A stretch of 64,000 bases of DNA, from the NCBI GenBank assembly GCA_949358305.1, contig OX442314.1, forward strand, positions 31,682,001 through 31,746,000, read 5' to 3'. Shown here one piece after another: positions 12,320 through 25,650 of this stretch; positions within the stretch are counted from its first letter, which is position 1, and the number at the start of each line of letters is the position of its first letter. A model generated the notes under the pieces. That model searched no databases. It had not been told where the DNA came from and saw nothing but the letters and a program-made list of their open reading frames with translations. A program made the position numbers and the translations under genes. The DNA comes from Strigamia acuminata. Its lineage: Eukaryota.

Positions 12320-13283
12320 CTACCCGTAGCTCGGCGACGTCAGGCAAAATTGATGCCCATGATACGGCCTTGTTACAGAGGGGGGAGGGGGTCTAAAATG
12401 TCCAAAATTGTATTGTCGATGATTCTTTCCGGTATGAGGATTGCTTTCGATATTCCTTTGAGGATTCCTTTCCATATTCCTTTCCAGTGAATTGTTAACC
12501 ATGAAAATGGACATTTCAGTGCCACATCTGAATACGGTGGCACAACACCAAAACAACCTGTTTCGAGTTAATTTAGCATTATTAACAAAGATTGACCCTT
12601 CTCGGTTGGACAAATTTGTTAAAGCTGGTCTAATTGTTGCCGGAACTGAATTTACAAATGCATTCCATTCAGCTAAACCAATGTGGGAATTGCACGTGAA
12701 AGCTGACACCATTCTGCACGTGGTGATAAAATTTTCTATAGTTGCATTTACACCTGTTGTGGTTTTGAAGTGAGAAATGGCACAGATCACATAATCAACT
12801 CTGAATTTATTTGCAAAATTACCTACTTGATTTGCAACCGCAATTATATTATTCAGAGCTGCTTCGATTCTGATTCTTATTGGTTCGCAATCAGCTTCTT
12901 CCAATCTGCCATCACCAGGAACATGTGCAATCAAAGTTCTGATGTCTTCAAGTCCATTTGTTATACCCCATGTATTCGCTCTCCATGCCTTATTTCTATC
13001 ATGCCATTTTGTTGGAAAGTATCCAGAAGTTCTAGCATTGAAGATTTCATTAATTAAATCTGATCTCATTGCTGCAGTTACCTGGATTGCGAGCAACACC
13101 TCATTTCATCTTGTCTGTAACAATCCTTGCTAAATTCAGCAATTCTCTGATACATCCATCAGGTGTGTGTGTCTGTGTTACCTCAACAACATTTTGATTC
13201 AACACTGTTTCAGGATGCTGCTTGCAGAACATGAAAAAGACATAAGATAGATTTGCTGTTTGGGAACGCACAATAAATGGCAT
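12320..13283 (-). pseudogene. intronless orphan ORF (259 aa plus an upstream frameshifted segment), unassigned
   Basis: Long globular-looking ORF with no TE motif I recognise. Confidence 0.5.
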
Positions 13284-13289
13284 TTTTTA

Positions 13290-13560
13290 TGACACTGCTG
13301 TTGATACCCAGCCCTACGTGATAACATAAGGCCCATTTCTCACTGTGGCTTATGTAGTGTGTGGTTTTTTTTTTTAAATAATCAGCAAAATCATTTAATC
13401 CTTTAGAGATTAATTCGTGATTGAATTCATTTTGTATTCTTTTAAATGCTTCCTTATCAGTTTGTTGCAGAAGGCACCGAAGCACTTTATTACTCATCAC
13501 TTGTTTTTCTTGATTCTTCACAAGTTGAAGTTGTTTTCTCCAAGTCTGATCAACTTACCA
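13290..13560 (-). pseudogene. MULE/Mutator-type transposase fragment
   Basis: W*VDQTWRKQL...FADYLKK..Y...EKWALCY..GLGINS, typical of the region after the MULE CxxH motif. Confidence 0.65.
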
Positions 13561-13561
13561 G

Positions 13562-14260
13562 CGTTGTGACTCCGGGAATTATTTAATAAAATACTTACTT
13601 TTATTAATTAATCACAATTGAGATGCTGTTGATAGGACTTATACTCGATTGGCCTACAAATGTGTCTAGGGGTGTTAAAAATGAATACAAGTTTGATTAA
13701 ATAAAATGAAGAAATGAACTTTATTCGTGTGCAATGCTTGTGTTTGTGATGATGTTGAGACTGAATCAAACCGCCAAAATTTGGGGTTTTTTGCACACTC
13801 TGGTCCTGCACACCAAATGTGCGTAGAAAGCTAATTTTGGTGCAACAAAGAAATTTGTTGCACCCCAAATCGTTTATTTTGCCCAATATCCTGGCCAAAA
13901 AGAGGGTGAAGTGTGCCAGGCACACTTTGGTTCTGCGCACTAAATGTGCGCCGTGAGCTCAATTTGGTGCAGAAGTGTGGCAATCCAGCACCTGCAGGCC
14001 TGGCACACTTCAGATAAGCGTAGTAAATCTGCGAAATTAGCTTGTTTTGGTGCGACAAAGGATTTGTTGCACCAAAACCGTTAATTAATGGTCTCACCCC
14101 AGCCAAATTGGGGTGCAATATGCTTAAGGAGTTTTGTCCCCTGAATCACTTGAGTTAGTTTGGAACACGCCAAACTAAAATGAAATAAAAATACACAACT
14201 TCTTAAGTGGTGACAATTTTTATTTATTAAATAAACAAAAAACACTTCAGGGTCACCACA
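13562..14260 (-). mobile_element. solo LTR, related to 57630-58639
   Basis: Ends (c)GTTGTGACTCCGGG...GGTCACCACA match the 57630 copy; shares GTCTAGGGGT; no TSD found. Confidence 0.7.
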
Positions 14261-15969
14261 TTACCTTCCTTTTTAGATAATTCTACAAGATTTCTTTTAA
14301 ATAAAAGAGAATGAGAAGATCTTTCTTCTACCCGATTACTCCATTGGCGCAGGTCGTTGGATTTGACCTCTGCAGACACCAGGCAATCTCTTTGGCTGGG
14401 CATCATTCGGAGAGTCCTGTACTTTTCTCAAGGCACTAACTGACCATAAGAAAGAGGCTGCGACTAGTGCCTGTCCGTCGGATGGAAAGTCACCAGGGAA
14501 CAGCAGTCGAGTTAGTCCGGGGAGTAACTCAATAACTACTTTTCGGCACGTAGTGCCAGATGTGGGCCTTCACCCAACCTTTGTATGCGCCCACGCTGAC
14601 GTACATATCGTCGGCCAAGTGGTTGAGGTGCGGCTGCTGCGAATTACAAGCCATTCTTCTCTTAATAATTAGTCTGAAAACAGCTAATTTTGAATAAACT
14701 TTTCTTGGAAATGGGTCTGGTTCGACTTGTCTTTTAATACGTTTAACATTAGGAGAAGAGAATCCTTGACTATTATCCCACGGCGGCTGTTAATTATTCA
14801 CTCAAAACTCAAATTATTCACTCAAAACTCAAATTGAGCTGGCGATCACCGACATTGATAATTTCCAAGTGACGAAGTTTCCCAGCCATTCGTTGCCAAT
14901 CCTTAATGGCTTCTCTGATCTGTGCACTCTGATAAAGAGTCCAGCTTGGCAAGTGCATTTTGTTGCACTTTGACCGGATACAACTCGCAACGATCCCATT
15001 GTGCTCTGAAAAATTTGTCGAAGTAGGGGCTTGGTTCCATGCTATGAGCACTTCCTATGGACGATTAGCGTGCGTTGGTACAGGCACGCTAAAATTAGTA
15101 GCCGTAGTGCCTACTATTTTACGCATTGCGTAAGGAGGAACGGGACTTTCTGAACGGATTCAAATGTAATCCAAAATGTTTGAAAATAATTATTGAACAT
15201 GAATTCAACCAAGTTTTGTTAAACTTGACGCCTATGGCTGTTTTCTACAACCTATGGCAACTTTCACTTTCATGTCTAGAGAGATAATCACATGACTTTT
15301 TATCCGCTATTTCGTTAATTTCATAGTGGTCAGTGTTTTTCGCACAAAAATCCAAGTTGTTTCGAATTTCATAAGATAAACACTGCATTTAAAGCGTAAA
15401 TTTAATATTTACCCTTTGTTGGTTAGGCATTCCTACTTCCAATGGCCAGTAGGGATTCATTTCCTATGATTTTGATGAAAGAAAATAAGTAAAATTTTAG
15501 TCAATAAATGTAAACCATTAGGCATTTAGCCGTTCATTATAATTGTGAAATGTTTCTGAGAAGAAAAAATCTTAGGAATTTATTATTTTTCTGCTTACCG
15601 TATGCAGTGCAGTGAAACTTCCCGTGGCTTCTGCTCACCACGTGGAATCACATTGCAGCGACAGGTGGTCTACCTGGCGGCCGTGTTGTCATTAAAAAAG
15701 GCACCGTTATTGATTGATTTATTGATTTTCGATTTATTATTTAAAAAGAAAATTGTACAATTGTACATATTATTTTGTTCAACTTAGTAAAATTTTATTA
15801 TTTAAAGCTGGTAGTGCAGCACAATGCAACGCGTACTGCCCGCCCACCACGTCAATTTACTGTCATTCATTTTTTATTATTAATAAGGTTACAGAACAGT
15901 ATATTATATTAAAAACTAACTAATTCAGTTGCAAATTAAAAGCTAACTAATTCAATTTCAAATTAAAAG

Positions 15970-16520
15970 CTGTTGGAGGAATTTTTGTTCCGCCAACTCC
16001 TTGTTGAGCTAGCAGAAACTTCGGTTTACCGCTTGACCGCTTGACGTAATGTTTGAAGCTTCTTGAATTCCTCGTACGTCAAAGTCACTTCTTTCTTGTC
16101 TAACTGTAAACAAAGAAAAAATATAATCATCACAAAGATTTTGTTTTTGTCAACTATCTTACCGTTCTTTCGATGTGAAGCAGCTTCGCTCCTGTTATCC
16201 CACGCGTCGTGATGTTGGCGAAATACGTATTGCCGATTTCAATTTGCTTGGAGCCGTTCCCGACTTTGTCCTGCTGTATGAACGTCTTTACAATGTCGGG
16301 CCAGATCTTCTTCACAAACAAAGCCCAAGAGGCTTCATCAAAAGCAAGTCCGTTTGGTGTTGGCTGGAGCTCTTCGCTTCTTTTTTTCGGCACGTAGTGC
16401 CAGATGTGGGCTTTCACCCAACCCTTGTATGCGCCCACGCTGACGTTAATATCGTCGGCCAAGTAAGTGGTTGAGGTGCGGCTGCTGCGAATTACAAGCC
16501 ATTCTTCTCTTAATAATTAG
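15970..16520 (-). pseudogene. PC4 (Sub1/p15)-like domain gene fragment with a 59-nt intron (16104-16162); partial duplicate at 14538-14835
   Basis: VSVGAYKGWVKAHIWHY...PTPNGLAFDEASW; GTAAG...TTACAG splice keeps the frame into LDKKEVTLTY. Confidence 0.7.
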
Positions 16521-16749
16521 TCTGAAAACAGCTAATTTTGAATAAACTTTTCTTGGTAATGGGTCTGGTTCGACTTGTCTTTTAATAGGTTTAACATTAG
16601 GAGAAGAGAATCCTTGACTATTATCCCACGGCGGCTGTTAATTATTCACTCAAAACTCAAATTATTTAGACAATAAGTGAATTTATTGTCAAATCCGCTT
16701 GTTTATTGTCAAAAATCGAATTAATTGATCAAAAGATGACCCTGTTCAT

Positions 16750-17429
16750 TGAAAATCAATTGTTTATTATCAAAAATCGATAAATATCATGGAAAATCGA
16801 CAAATATCGTGAAAAATCGGTTAAAAATCGATATATATTATGGCAAATTGATAAATACAGTGAAAAATCGGTTAAAAATTGATAAATATTATGGAAAATC
16901 GATGAAACTTGATAAATATTTTGAAAAGTTGGTTACGATAAATATAATGAAACATCGATAAATATCGTGAAAAACCGGTTAAAAATCGATAAATATCGTG
17001 AAAAATCGGTTAAACATCGATAAATATCGTGAAAAATCGGTTAAAAATCGATAAATATCGTGAAAAATTGGTTAAAAATGGATAAATATCGTGAAAAATC
17101 GGTTAAAAATTGATAAATATTATGGAAAATCGATGAAACTTGATAAATATTTTGAAAAGTTGGTTACGATAAATATAATGAAACATCGATAAATATCGTG
17201 AAAAACCGGTTAAAAATCGATAAATATCGTGAAAAATCGGTTAAACATCGATAAATATCGTGAAAAATCGGTTAAAAATCGATAAATATCGTGAAAAATC
17301 GGTTAAAAATGGATAAATATCGTGAAAAATCGGTTAAAAATTGATAAATATCGTGAAAAATCGGTTAAAAATCGATAAATATTGTAAAAAATCGGTTAAA
17401 AATCGATAAATATCGTGAAAAATCGGTTA
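16750..17429. repeat. 31-bp minisatellite with a 231-bp higher-order duplication
   Basis: Unit aaaaatcgataaatatcgtgaaaaatcggtt; a variant block recurs at ~16863 and ~17094. Confidence 0.95.
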
Positions 17430-17472
17430 GTGGATCACAAAATCGGTTTCCCTCAAACAAAGGACGCACCGT

Positions 17473-17855
17473 GTGTGCTGGAATCGAAATACTAAAGAAG
17501 ATTTGTCAAACTTGAAAAAGAAAATTGCTATGAATCGTTCCTCGTTCGAATACATCTGGAAAGTGGAGGAGTTTGCGACACATCAAGCTCAGGCAAAATT
17601 GGACACTCAGACTTTTGTCCGCAGTGAACCTTTTTACAGTAAAAAGTATGGTTATAAAATGAGACTTGGGCTATATCCACACGTATGCCGATTTATCGTG
17701 AAGTGATGAAAGGTCCGAACGATGCAATTCTTAAGTGGCTCATTGAATATTCCGTAAAATTTAGCGTGTTGGATCAGTTGGAGATTGTCAAATTTAATTG
17801 AAGGTAAACGTTCTTTTGACAAACCAGCGACTCCAGTAAATTCAAGCTGGGTTGT
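17473..17855 (+). pseudogene. TRAF-family MATH domain fragment
   Basis: YIWKVEEF..SEPFYSKKYGYKMRLGLYP, then MKGPNDAILKW...VKFSVLDQ and FDKP...NSSW; deletions and frameshift. Confidence 0.85.
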
Positions 17856-18499
17856 TTATTATTAACATATCTCACTCAATGACACACAAAGGTTCTACTG
17901 CAGGGTTTTTCCCTGAAGATCTTGAAAGGATTGTATTTATTGACCCCCTATTTATAATTTTAAAAACACCTAAAATAATTACTTTCGCACACATTGATTT
18001 TTCCCCCAAATCATTGAATCTACTCCCCAATTTCAGTTAGTTTTCCCGGTAACGTTTTTAATTCATGAATTAAAAGCGTAATTAAAAATTAAAAAATTCA
18101 TGAATTTAAACGTATAAAAAAGGTATAATTACTCGAGATCAAAACGTTGAGATTGGTCAAATGAATCTTGATCCGGTTCCTGCTCGTCGTCGCCGTTACG
18201 AGGACGGCTAGACTTCTTTGCGGGTCCTGCAGCAGTAGCTACGGCTTTGGTCGGACGACTCTTCTTTTTTATGGGTTTTTTCGGTCTTGTTGTCGGAAAT
18301 AGAAACCGTCTTCACCACTTTCTTTTCCTCTGGCTGCTTGTCCTCAAAGGCCGCTTGTCCTCAAAGGCTGCTTTTTCTGTCATAAACTTTTTTCTGCCAG
18401 CTCTTGCATATGCTCCAGTTTATGTTTTGGCGGATCAAAATCAGCTTTTTGAATTCAGAAAACTTCAGTGTGACTTATTTTGTATTAAACTGTAAATAA

Positions 18500-19580
18500 A
18501 AAAAACAACTTCATTTAGTAATTATTCAATAAATTCATTCTCGTGTAATTTACGGCTCTTCCAATATGGATCAATTTTGTAGCGGAAATTCCACACATAA
18601 GAACTTTAAGGAAATAATTATCCTCAAAGTCGATGCAGACTTCGCCAGATCCGGCCTTTTCTTGTTCGGCAAATATTTTCTCTATGGCCCCCCAGATGCC
18701 TACAAATGCAGACCATACAAATTCGTCCATTGCAAGGCCGCACTGTGTTGGCATCAGTTTCGGCGTGAGAAGTGGATGAAATACTCAAATCGACTGCTTG
18801 CTTCTTCGTGAGGAATTTTTGTTCCGCCAACTCTTTGTTAAGTTCGCAGAAACTACGGCTTACCGCTTGACGTAATGTTTGGAGCTTCTTGAATTCGACG
18901 TAAGTCAACGTCACTTCTTTCTTGTCTAACTGTAAACAAAGAAAAAATATAATCATTACAAAGACTTTTTTTTTTGTCAACTATCTTACTGTTCTTTTGA
19001 TGCGAAGCAGCTTCGCACTCGTTATTCCAAGCGTTGTGATGTCTGCAAAATACGAATTGCCGATTTCAAGTCGAGGGGAACCGTTCCCGACTTTGTCCTG
19101 CTTTACGAACGTCTGTTGAATGTTGGACCAAATCTGTAAGAACAAACTCAAAGAGGTTTCATCGAAAGCAAGTCTGTTCGTTGTCGGGGCGACCTCTTTG
19201 CTTCTGTTAGTTTTAACCGAAATAACTGAGACCAACTCTGGTAAAATGCTTAGTGCAGACTAACATTTGTTTATTTAGAGGGCACTTATATACAGAGTGG
19301 GGCACAAAGGGGGTGGTCAAGGCAGGATATTGCTGTTTCCTCCTGTGAACACCTGTGCTATAATTTCCCTAAGATGGCAAATGTTTCTTCATTCCAACAG
19401 CTTCCTTTTTTCTGTACGTAGTGCCTTGTGGGCCTTGACGCAACCTTTGTACAAGCTCACGCCGACGTAAATGTCGTTGGACAAGTGGTTGAGATGCGGT
19501 TGCTGAGAATTACCATTTTGCACATGATTTTGCACGATTTCTCTAGATTTCTCAAGATTTGCACCATTTTGCACAATTCA
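18500..19580 (-). pseudogene. second PC4-like multi-domain gene copy (intron 18930-18989), interrupted
   Basis: Paralogous to 15970-16520; PTQCGLAMDEFVW and YVGVSLYKGCVKAH motifs. Confidence 0.65.
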
Positions 19581-19989
19581 GCCCTTTCAGACGAGATTTT
19601 TCATAATGTTACCTGAGCTGAAGTTGAATACAATTATTTGAATCGCACGAGGATTCAATTAACACTTACCGATTGGCTGCTCAGTTGTTCAACAAGTCAT
19701 CGAGACTAAAAATTCCCACTCGCCATTTTTGCTTGAGATTTTGGTTAAATTTGCAAGATCGCATCTAGAATTTATTCCATTATCAGTTTGCTTCGACATT
19801 TACGCCTTTAATCTAATTTTCTTTCTTCACGGTCGCGATCACGGCACAAAACAAAATTCACCATTCAAATTTATCTTTATTAGTACGACTTAACTGATGG
19901 CCGAATTCATTCGAGTGTCACAAATTCGAAAATTAGTTTTCCGAGGTCCGCACCTGCCTCACTCCTTATGCCGATCACACAAATAGGCT

Positions 19990-20330
19990 TCATTTGGAGA
20001 AATTTGACAAAAAAAATTGTGGAAATTTGACCCTGTTCCTGAATGAGGACGATATCTTCCTTTTGTAATTCTCGACTGGCGCGAACTCGACGAAATTCCC
20101 AAAGTTCTACGACGGACTCATATGCCATATGCGGTAATGTCCACTCCCAGCGCTTCCAATGTCCAAATCGCTTTTTGACATTCATTGTGTTTATTTCTCA
20201 GTTCCATCGGTGTTGAATTTTGAACGGGTGTTGTGGTCATCAGGCTTTTAATGTGTGCTTGGATAATGTTTTCTTTGTTGCTAAATTTTCCTTCGTGTAT
20301 AGTTTTTATTGGTGCATAATTCATGTCAGA
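19990..20330 (-). pseudogene. internally deleted BEL/Pao remnant (gag piece fused to integrase C-terminal piece)
   Basis: HIKSLMTTTPV..ELR..HNEC..LEALG followed by LWEF..LQKEDIVLIQE. Confidence 0.7.
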
Positions 20331-21260
20331 CAGCTCGAGCCCGGCGATAGCTTGTAGAGCTAAATCTGGGCTCTGAGCAAAACGCAGGCTGCACCCAAAA
20401 TGGGATACCCAATTTGGGTACCCAAGATTTCCTGGAATGATAATTCAAATTTTCAGAAATCAATATAGTTTTTATTATTATTATTACATGGAAAATTAAA
20501 CCAAATTATCAAAATAAAACATAAAATTATCAAATTAGTGAAAGTACTGATGTTCTCATTTTTGCTAGATAAAGCAGAACTCGGATTGTTTACAACATAG
20601 GCTGATTTTGTGGATTTTAAACCAATGCAGCTTTTTTTTACCTGCATTAGCCAAATGACTTGTCATCATTTTTGTAAGATTTCTTGACTTTTTCTTTTGA
20701 TAATGATATACAATTTTTTTTAACTAGTTTTTCTTGTCTGACACAGCAACTGCATGAATACACAATTGATTAGTTTTATAACTATCACATGTGCAAGAAA
20801 AATTTCTTGATTTTCTCTAATTCACAACATTTGGTCTGTCACTACTTGTACTCTTAACATAAAGCAAACCAATGCTTAATCTCTCAAGTAAACTGTAACT
20901 GTTTAAAATTTACAGACTTGTAAGCTCGTAGGCATGCCTACGAATCGCAAAGGTATGCAGTGCTGTAATTACATGATTTTCGAATTTATTTTTGAATACA
21001 TATATTGATGTTTAGCACGTCCTCGTCTGCTAATAAATAAATAAATAAATAAAAATTAAGAAATATGAAAAATAAAAATTTTTAAACTTACGTTTTTATT
21101 CCTATCCTGATTGGCTGCAATCAGGACGCAGCTTCGACGATACGTCGTAGGAGCTGCTGATCGTCTTGTTGATGTTGCCAGTGCCGACTATTTGATACCT
21201 ATCGCATGAATGTTGCGTTGTTTGAAGTTTTGAAGCAAGCTGAGCGACTCACTCCGGTGC

Positions 21261-22860
21261 TGTTCTCGGCGGGTTCGTGTTAGTTAATGAAAACCAATGG
21301 AATAAATGTAGTCTCTTTTGGGCACAAAGTGTTTTTAGATGTTTACTCTTGGAAAAACAAGCAAAAACTGACACAAACTTAATGTTTTGATTTACAAGGA
21401 AAACTAATATAACAAAAGAACAATATAACTAATGACACACATGATATAATATACTGTAACTAAAAATAAACACACTTCAAATAACATAAATCCAGATACC
21501 ATGACAAACATTACACAATTTTTAATAGTAATGAAAAACCCCAAACCTTACATCTTCCCCCCTTAAAACTAAAGACACCTCTTTATATAGTATAAGAAAA
21601 TTAAACTCTTAAACATATTAAAAATGTATAAAATGTATAAAATTGAAAAAATGAAAACTCACACACACACACACAAAAGGTAAACACAGTGTTCTCTATT
21701 AATATAGTACCCAACCATCATCCACGCTTTCCTCTTCTAGGGCACGTGCGTATGCCGCAGCTTCCGCTTCTTCTGCCACATTCCAGGCTGCATCCCTCTT
21801 CATACGTTCCTGTTCCATTCTCTGTTCAACTATCGTTTCCCTTCGATTCATGGGAATCGCCTCTCCGACGGGTCTGATCGATGGAACACCCAGACGTTGA
21901 TGTAGAAGGGCCCGACCTCGTCCAATGGACCCGCCTCATGCTTCATGCATCACCCAGACTCCCCGTGGCCTTAATATTCCTGGGTGAACTAGCATTTCTT
22001 CTGTGTCCCTTCTCTCGTATCTGAGATTCATTTGTGTCTCCTGTTGACTCAGTTGGCTCTCTTCCGATTTTTTCTGCAACACTTTCTTTTCTTCCTCCTC
22101 TCGTAATTGGTAGTGTACTTGCAGCTTCATGATAAACTGCAGACACAAGTTTAACAATGACACTAAGAATTCCAGGATCATCAGAACAATCATTGTGAAT
22201 GTTTTTGCTCTTTCCCTGGCTCTTGTCCTTTTATAGTATTTTTTCACAAAATCTCATGTTCTCTCCACTCAGCTCTCATTTCATCATTCTCAACTGTCAC
22301 TAGTTCAATTTTCTTTAAATTAGATCCTTATTCTATATACTTAAAAATAATTTACATATATTATCTCTAAATACTAACAATATTTTCAAATGATTATCAG
22401 AATAAAATTCTTAAAATAAGCATCAAGCTGACAATTTTTGGAGCAAAGCAATGTTAAGCATAGCAATAAAGTATTAAGTTTCAATAATTTTTTTTGGAGT
22501 CCTTCTCAAACTCTACCCTCTTTCAATTGTTATTTCGGGGCTACTCTGTTCTCCATCATTATCAATCTCATCTATCTCTTCTAATCTAGTATTTTCTAAA
22601 TCAATTTCTATATTTTGCCTTTTATTTTTCTTAATCCTCTTATTTCTATTCCTACGTCTTAAGGCCTGATATTTCATATTCCAATTATTGCATAATATTT
22701 TACCAACTATAAAAAGAATAACTAATGAAGTTAAAATAAAATTAGCAACACACTTTAAACTCTAAACACACACAATATAATATGCAAATAACACTCTAGT
22801 ATAATGTATCAAGAAAAAATATATGTAGAATAAAAAGAGAGAAAAACTGAAATAAAAATA
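21261..22860 (-). mobile_element. 3' end of an LTR element: LTR 21261-21552, PPT 21553-21564, 3' region with small hydrophobic ORFs
   Basis: Minus strand AAGGGGGGAAGA then TGTAAGG...GAGAACA; ORF 21936-22247. Confidence 0.65.
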
Positions 22861-22869
22861 AATAAATAA

Positions 22870-24140
22870 ACTTTGATAATGTGAATCCAAAAAAATGCAT
22901 ACTGGGCTGAAGGAAGTTGCATTTCGACTTATTTAACCTAAAACTTTTTTCCTTGAACACATTTAAGACCTTATCCAGGTTCATGCGGTGTTTTTCATCA
23001 GTGGTCCCTGTTATACAGATGTCATCATTAATAAGAGGTTGGTTCTTAGGGAAAGGAGCCACTAATTGCTCTACAGCTTTTTGAAAAATAGCCGGGCCGA
23101 TGAAATGTCATAAAACAGGCGATTAACCTGAAATAAACCTATATTTGTGTTTATGGCACACAGTTGTTTACTGAGTTTGTCCAGTTCCTATTGATTATAT
23201 GCATTAGCAAAATCCAGTGTTGTATAAGAATTTCCCCCAGCCAATTTATTACAGATGTCCTCTAAGTGAGGGAGAGGATAGAAAGCCCTTAATATTGACC
23301 GTGCGGTTGTAACATCCGGCCATGCGAATTGCCCGTTGCTTTTCTTAATGGGAATGACGGGGATTGCCCATTGTGAGAAAGTAACAGGAACAATGATACC
23401 CTGCTGCTGTAGGCGCTTCAACTCTGTTTCCACCCTTTCCTTCAGTGCCAGTGACACATAATAGGCTTTTAAGAAGATGGGGGTGACGTTTGGGTCTACA
23501 TTTATAGATGCTTTAAAATTCCTACAACAACCTATTTCATTTTTAAACAAGTAAATATTGTTTTCTAAAACCTTTTTAACTGGCTATTTGATACCTATCG
23601 CATGAATGTTGCGTCGTTTGAAGTTTTGAAGCAAGCTGAGCGACTCCATCCAGTCATGGCCCAGCAGCGCAACGGCACCGTCCTTAACCACATTCAGTTT
23701 AAGGGTATGCGATGCATTGATGTGCAGCACTTCCACTTCTATGTACCCCAATGTTTGCAAACGCACTCCTCCATAGGTGCGTAATGTTAGATCAGCAGGT
23801 TGAACTGGAAATAAACCAAATTTTTTGGTGTAGCACCGGTCACTGATTATTGAAACTGTCCACTTCCATATTTAATTCAATACCACTCACATTTAAACAC
23901 AGCATCAATGGTGGCACCTGTACTGTGCCCATGTGGTGCACATTGTAAAATGATTCGTTGGGTGCCGGTGCAAAACGAGCCTCAAATTTGCCAGCTACCT
24001 TGGCTAACACCTTTGCTTCAGCTGGTGTGAGGCCAAAAGTGTCATAAATTCGTGCCGCATCTTCGCCAATACAACTCATAAATGCTGCTACCTGGACCCC
24101 TTGTGGTTGCTTATCAAAGTAGACTGATGTTGCGTACCAG
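22870..24140 (-). pseudogene. degraded Gypsy gag-PR-RT remnant
   Basis: CIGEDAARIY; PVTFSQWAIPVIPIKKSNG; YPLPHLEDI; LDFANAYNQ; DDICITG. Confidence 0.9.
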
Positions 24141-24149
24141 ATTAAGTAT

Positions 24150-24789
24150 AAATCTAATCTTCGTCAGTATCAGCAGGTACACAGGTAGGTTTTGAATCAT
24201 CATCTTCATCAGAATCAGAAGAATCCCTAAAATGTATTCGTGGGGTGGATTTCTGATATGGTTTCATTCGCTTTCTTTCCTTTTTTATTTTTAAAGCATT
24301 TAGAGGATGAAATATGGTTGGAGTTTCAATTGTAGTTGTGGTTGTTTCCTCAGGAATAGATGGGATGCAATCTTGCAGTTTTGCTAACGCTTCATCAATG
24401 CTTGAAAATATAGATGATTGATGTTTGTTGAGTTGACGCTATTGATCAATTGAAAGAAGAATAAACTTCTCTGGTGCGAATGAACAACATGTCGTCAAAG
24501 ATATATATATCACCAGTGTTAGACTTGGCTATTGTAACTAATACACCACATTCACACTCAATAGAGGATTATGATTTCTTCAGATTGTTTTTCAAAGATG
24601 TAATTTCACTCGAAATCTGCTCCACAAAATCTTTGTATCTGTGCACATACCATCACGAAAGAGATACAGTTTTCCATTCAGGTACGATGGAAATCTCAGG
24701 TGGATGTACACTCCGGTTTGAAATGGATTGATTTGATAATAATTCTCCCCACCAAGAGAGTAGGTTCCTTTGCTTGAAGTAGTAGTCAT
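24150..24789 (-). pseudogene. PC4-like domain ORF remnant
   Basis: YSLGGENYYQINPFQTGVYIHLRF...LYLFRDG. Confidence 0.5.
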
Positions 24790-25139
24790 GGCTCGCTTGT
24801 GAGAGAAATGGTGATCATTGCAAAATTATAACACTTTATAAAAAGTTAAACTGACCTCGCGTCTTACCATCGCCTGGGATGCACAAAGCCGACTAAAATT
24901 CCCACTACAATACTGCAAATCAACTTGTAATTTTTTCTTGGTCGGCCTTTTCTTCCGGTTCATTCAAAACACGTTCTCCCTCGTCCTCTTTTCATATTTT
25001 GTGCCATTTGGTAATTTCCGGTTTCGGCCTCAGAATTTGTAGCCTCGTTTTCCTCGCCCCTCTGAGTGCAAATCAGATTCATCCGAATTTTGATTCGATT
25101 CTCGTGGCGTAAATTCGCAAGTCTCGGGGGTTTTTGTAG

Positions 25140-25520
25140 TTTCTACTGGGTTTTCAAATGTCTTTTCGTCTTCAAATGCGGTTTGCTCGATGAATCGCAC
25201 GTCGCGACTTTTTATGATTCTTTTTATGGTGGGATTCCAAAGGCTTTTGATTCATCGCAGTACGAAGGTGCATTCGCTTGATTTAAATTCGAATTTCCCG
25301 TTTTTTTAATCTTTTTGGAGTGCAAACGCTTTAATTCCGAATTGTTTGAAGTGGCTGACGTTTGGTTTTCGCTGGGTCCATGCTTCGCACGGCGTTATGC
25401 TTTAAAATTTTTGGGTAGGGCACCGATTTCGGACGTGATTGGCAGTGTTGATTGCTTCAAAATGATAATGGCATGTTTGCGGCGGTCAAGTTGCATCGGT
25501 TGCATCAAGTTAGATCGTTC
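25140..25520 (-). pseudogene. Ty1/Copia integrase C-terminal remnant
   Basis: WTQRKPNVSHFKQFG...YCDESKA..LWNPTIKRIIKSRDVRFIE. Confidence 0.8.
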
Positions 25521-25650
25521 TTAATTTCCGGAGAAACAATGGGAATGTTTTCTTTTAATACCAGAGAAACATTTGAAATGTTTTCGTCTAATACCAGAGA
25601 AACATTTGAAATGTTTACGTCTGATACCAGAGAAACATTTGAACATTCGA

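Noticed and set aside
16750..17429. CRISPR-like array
   Set aside because: Head-to-tail tandem units with no unique spacers, no cas genes, eukaryotic context
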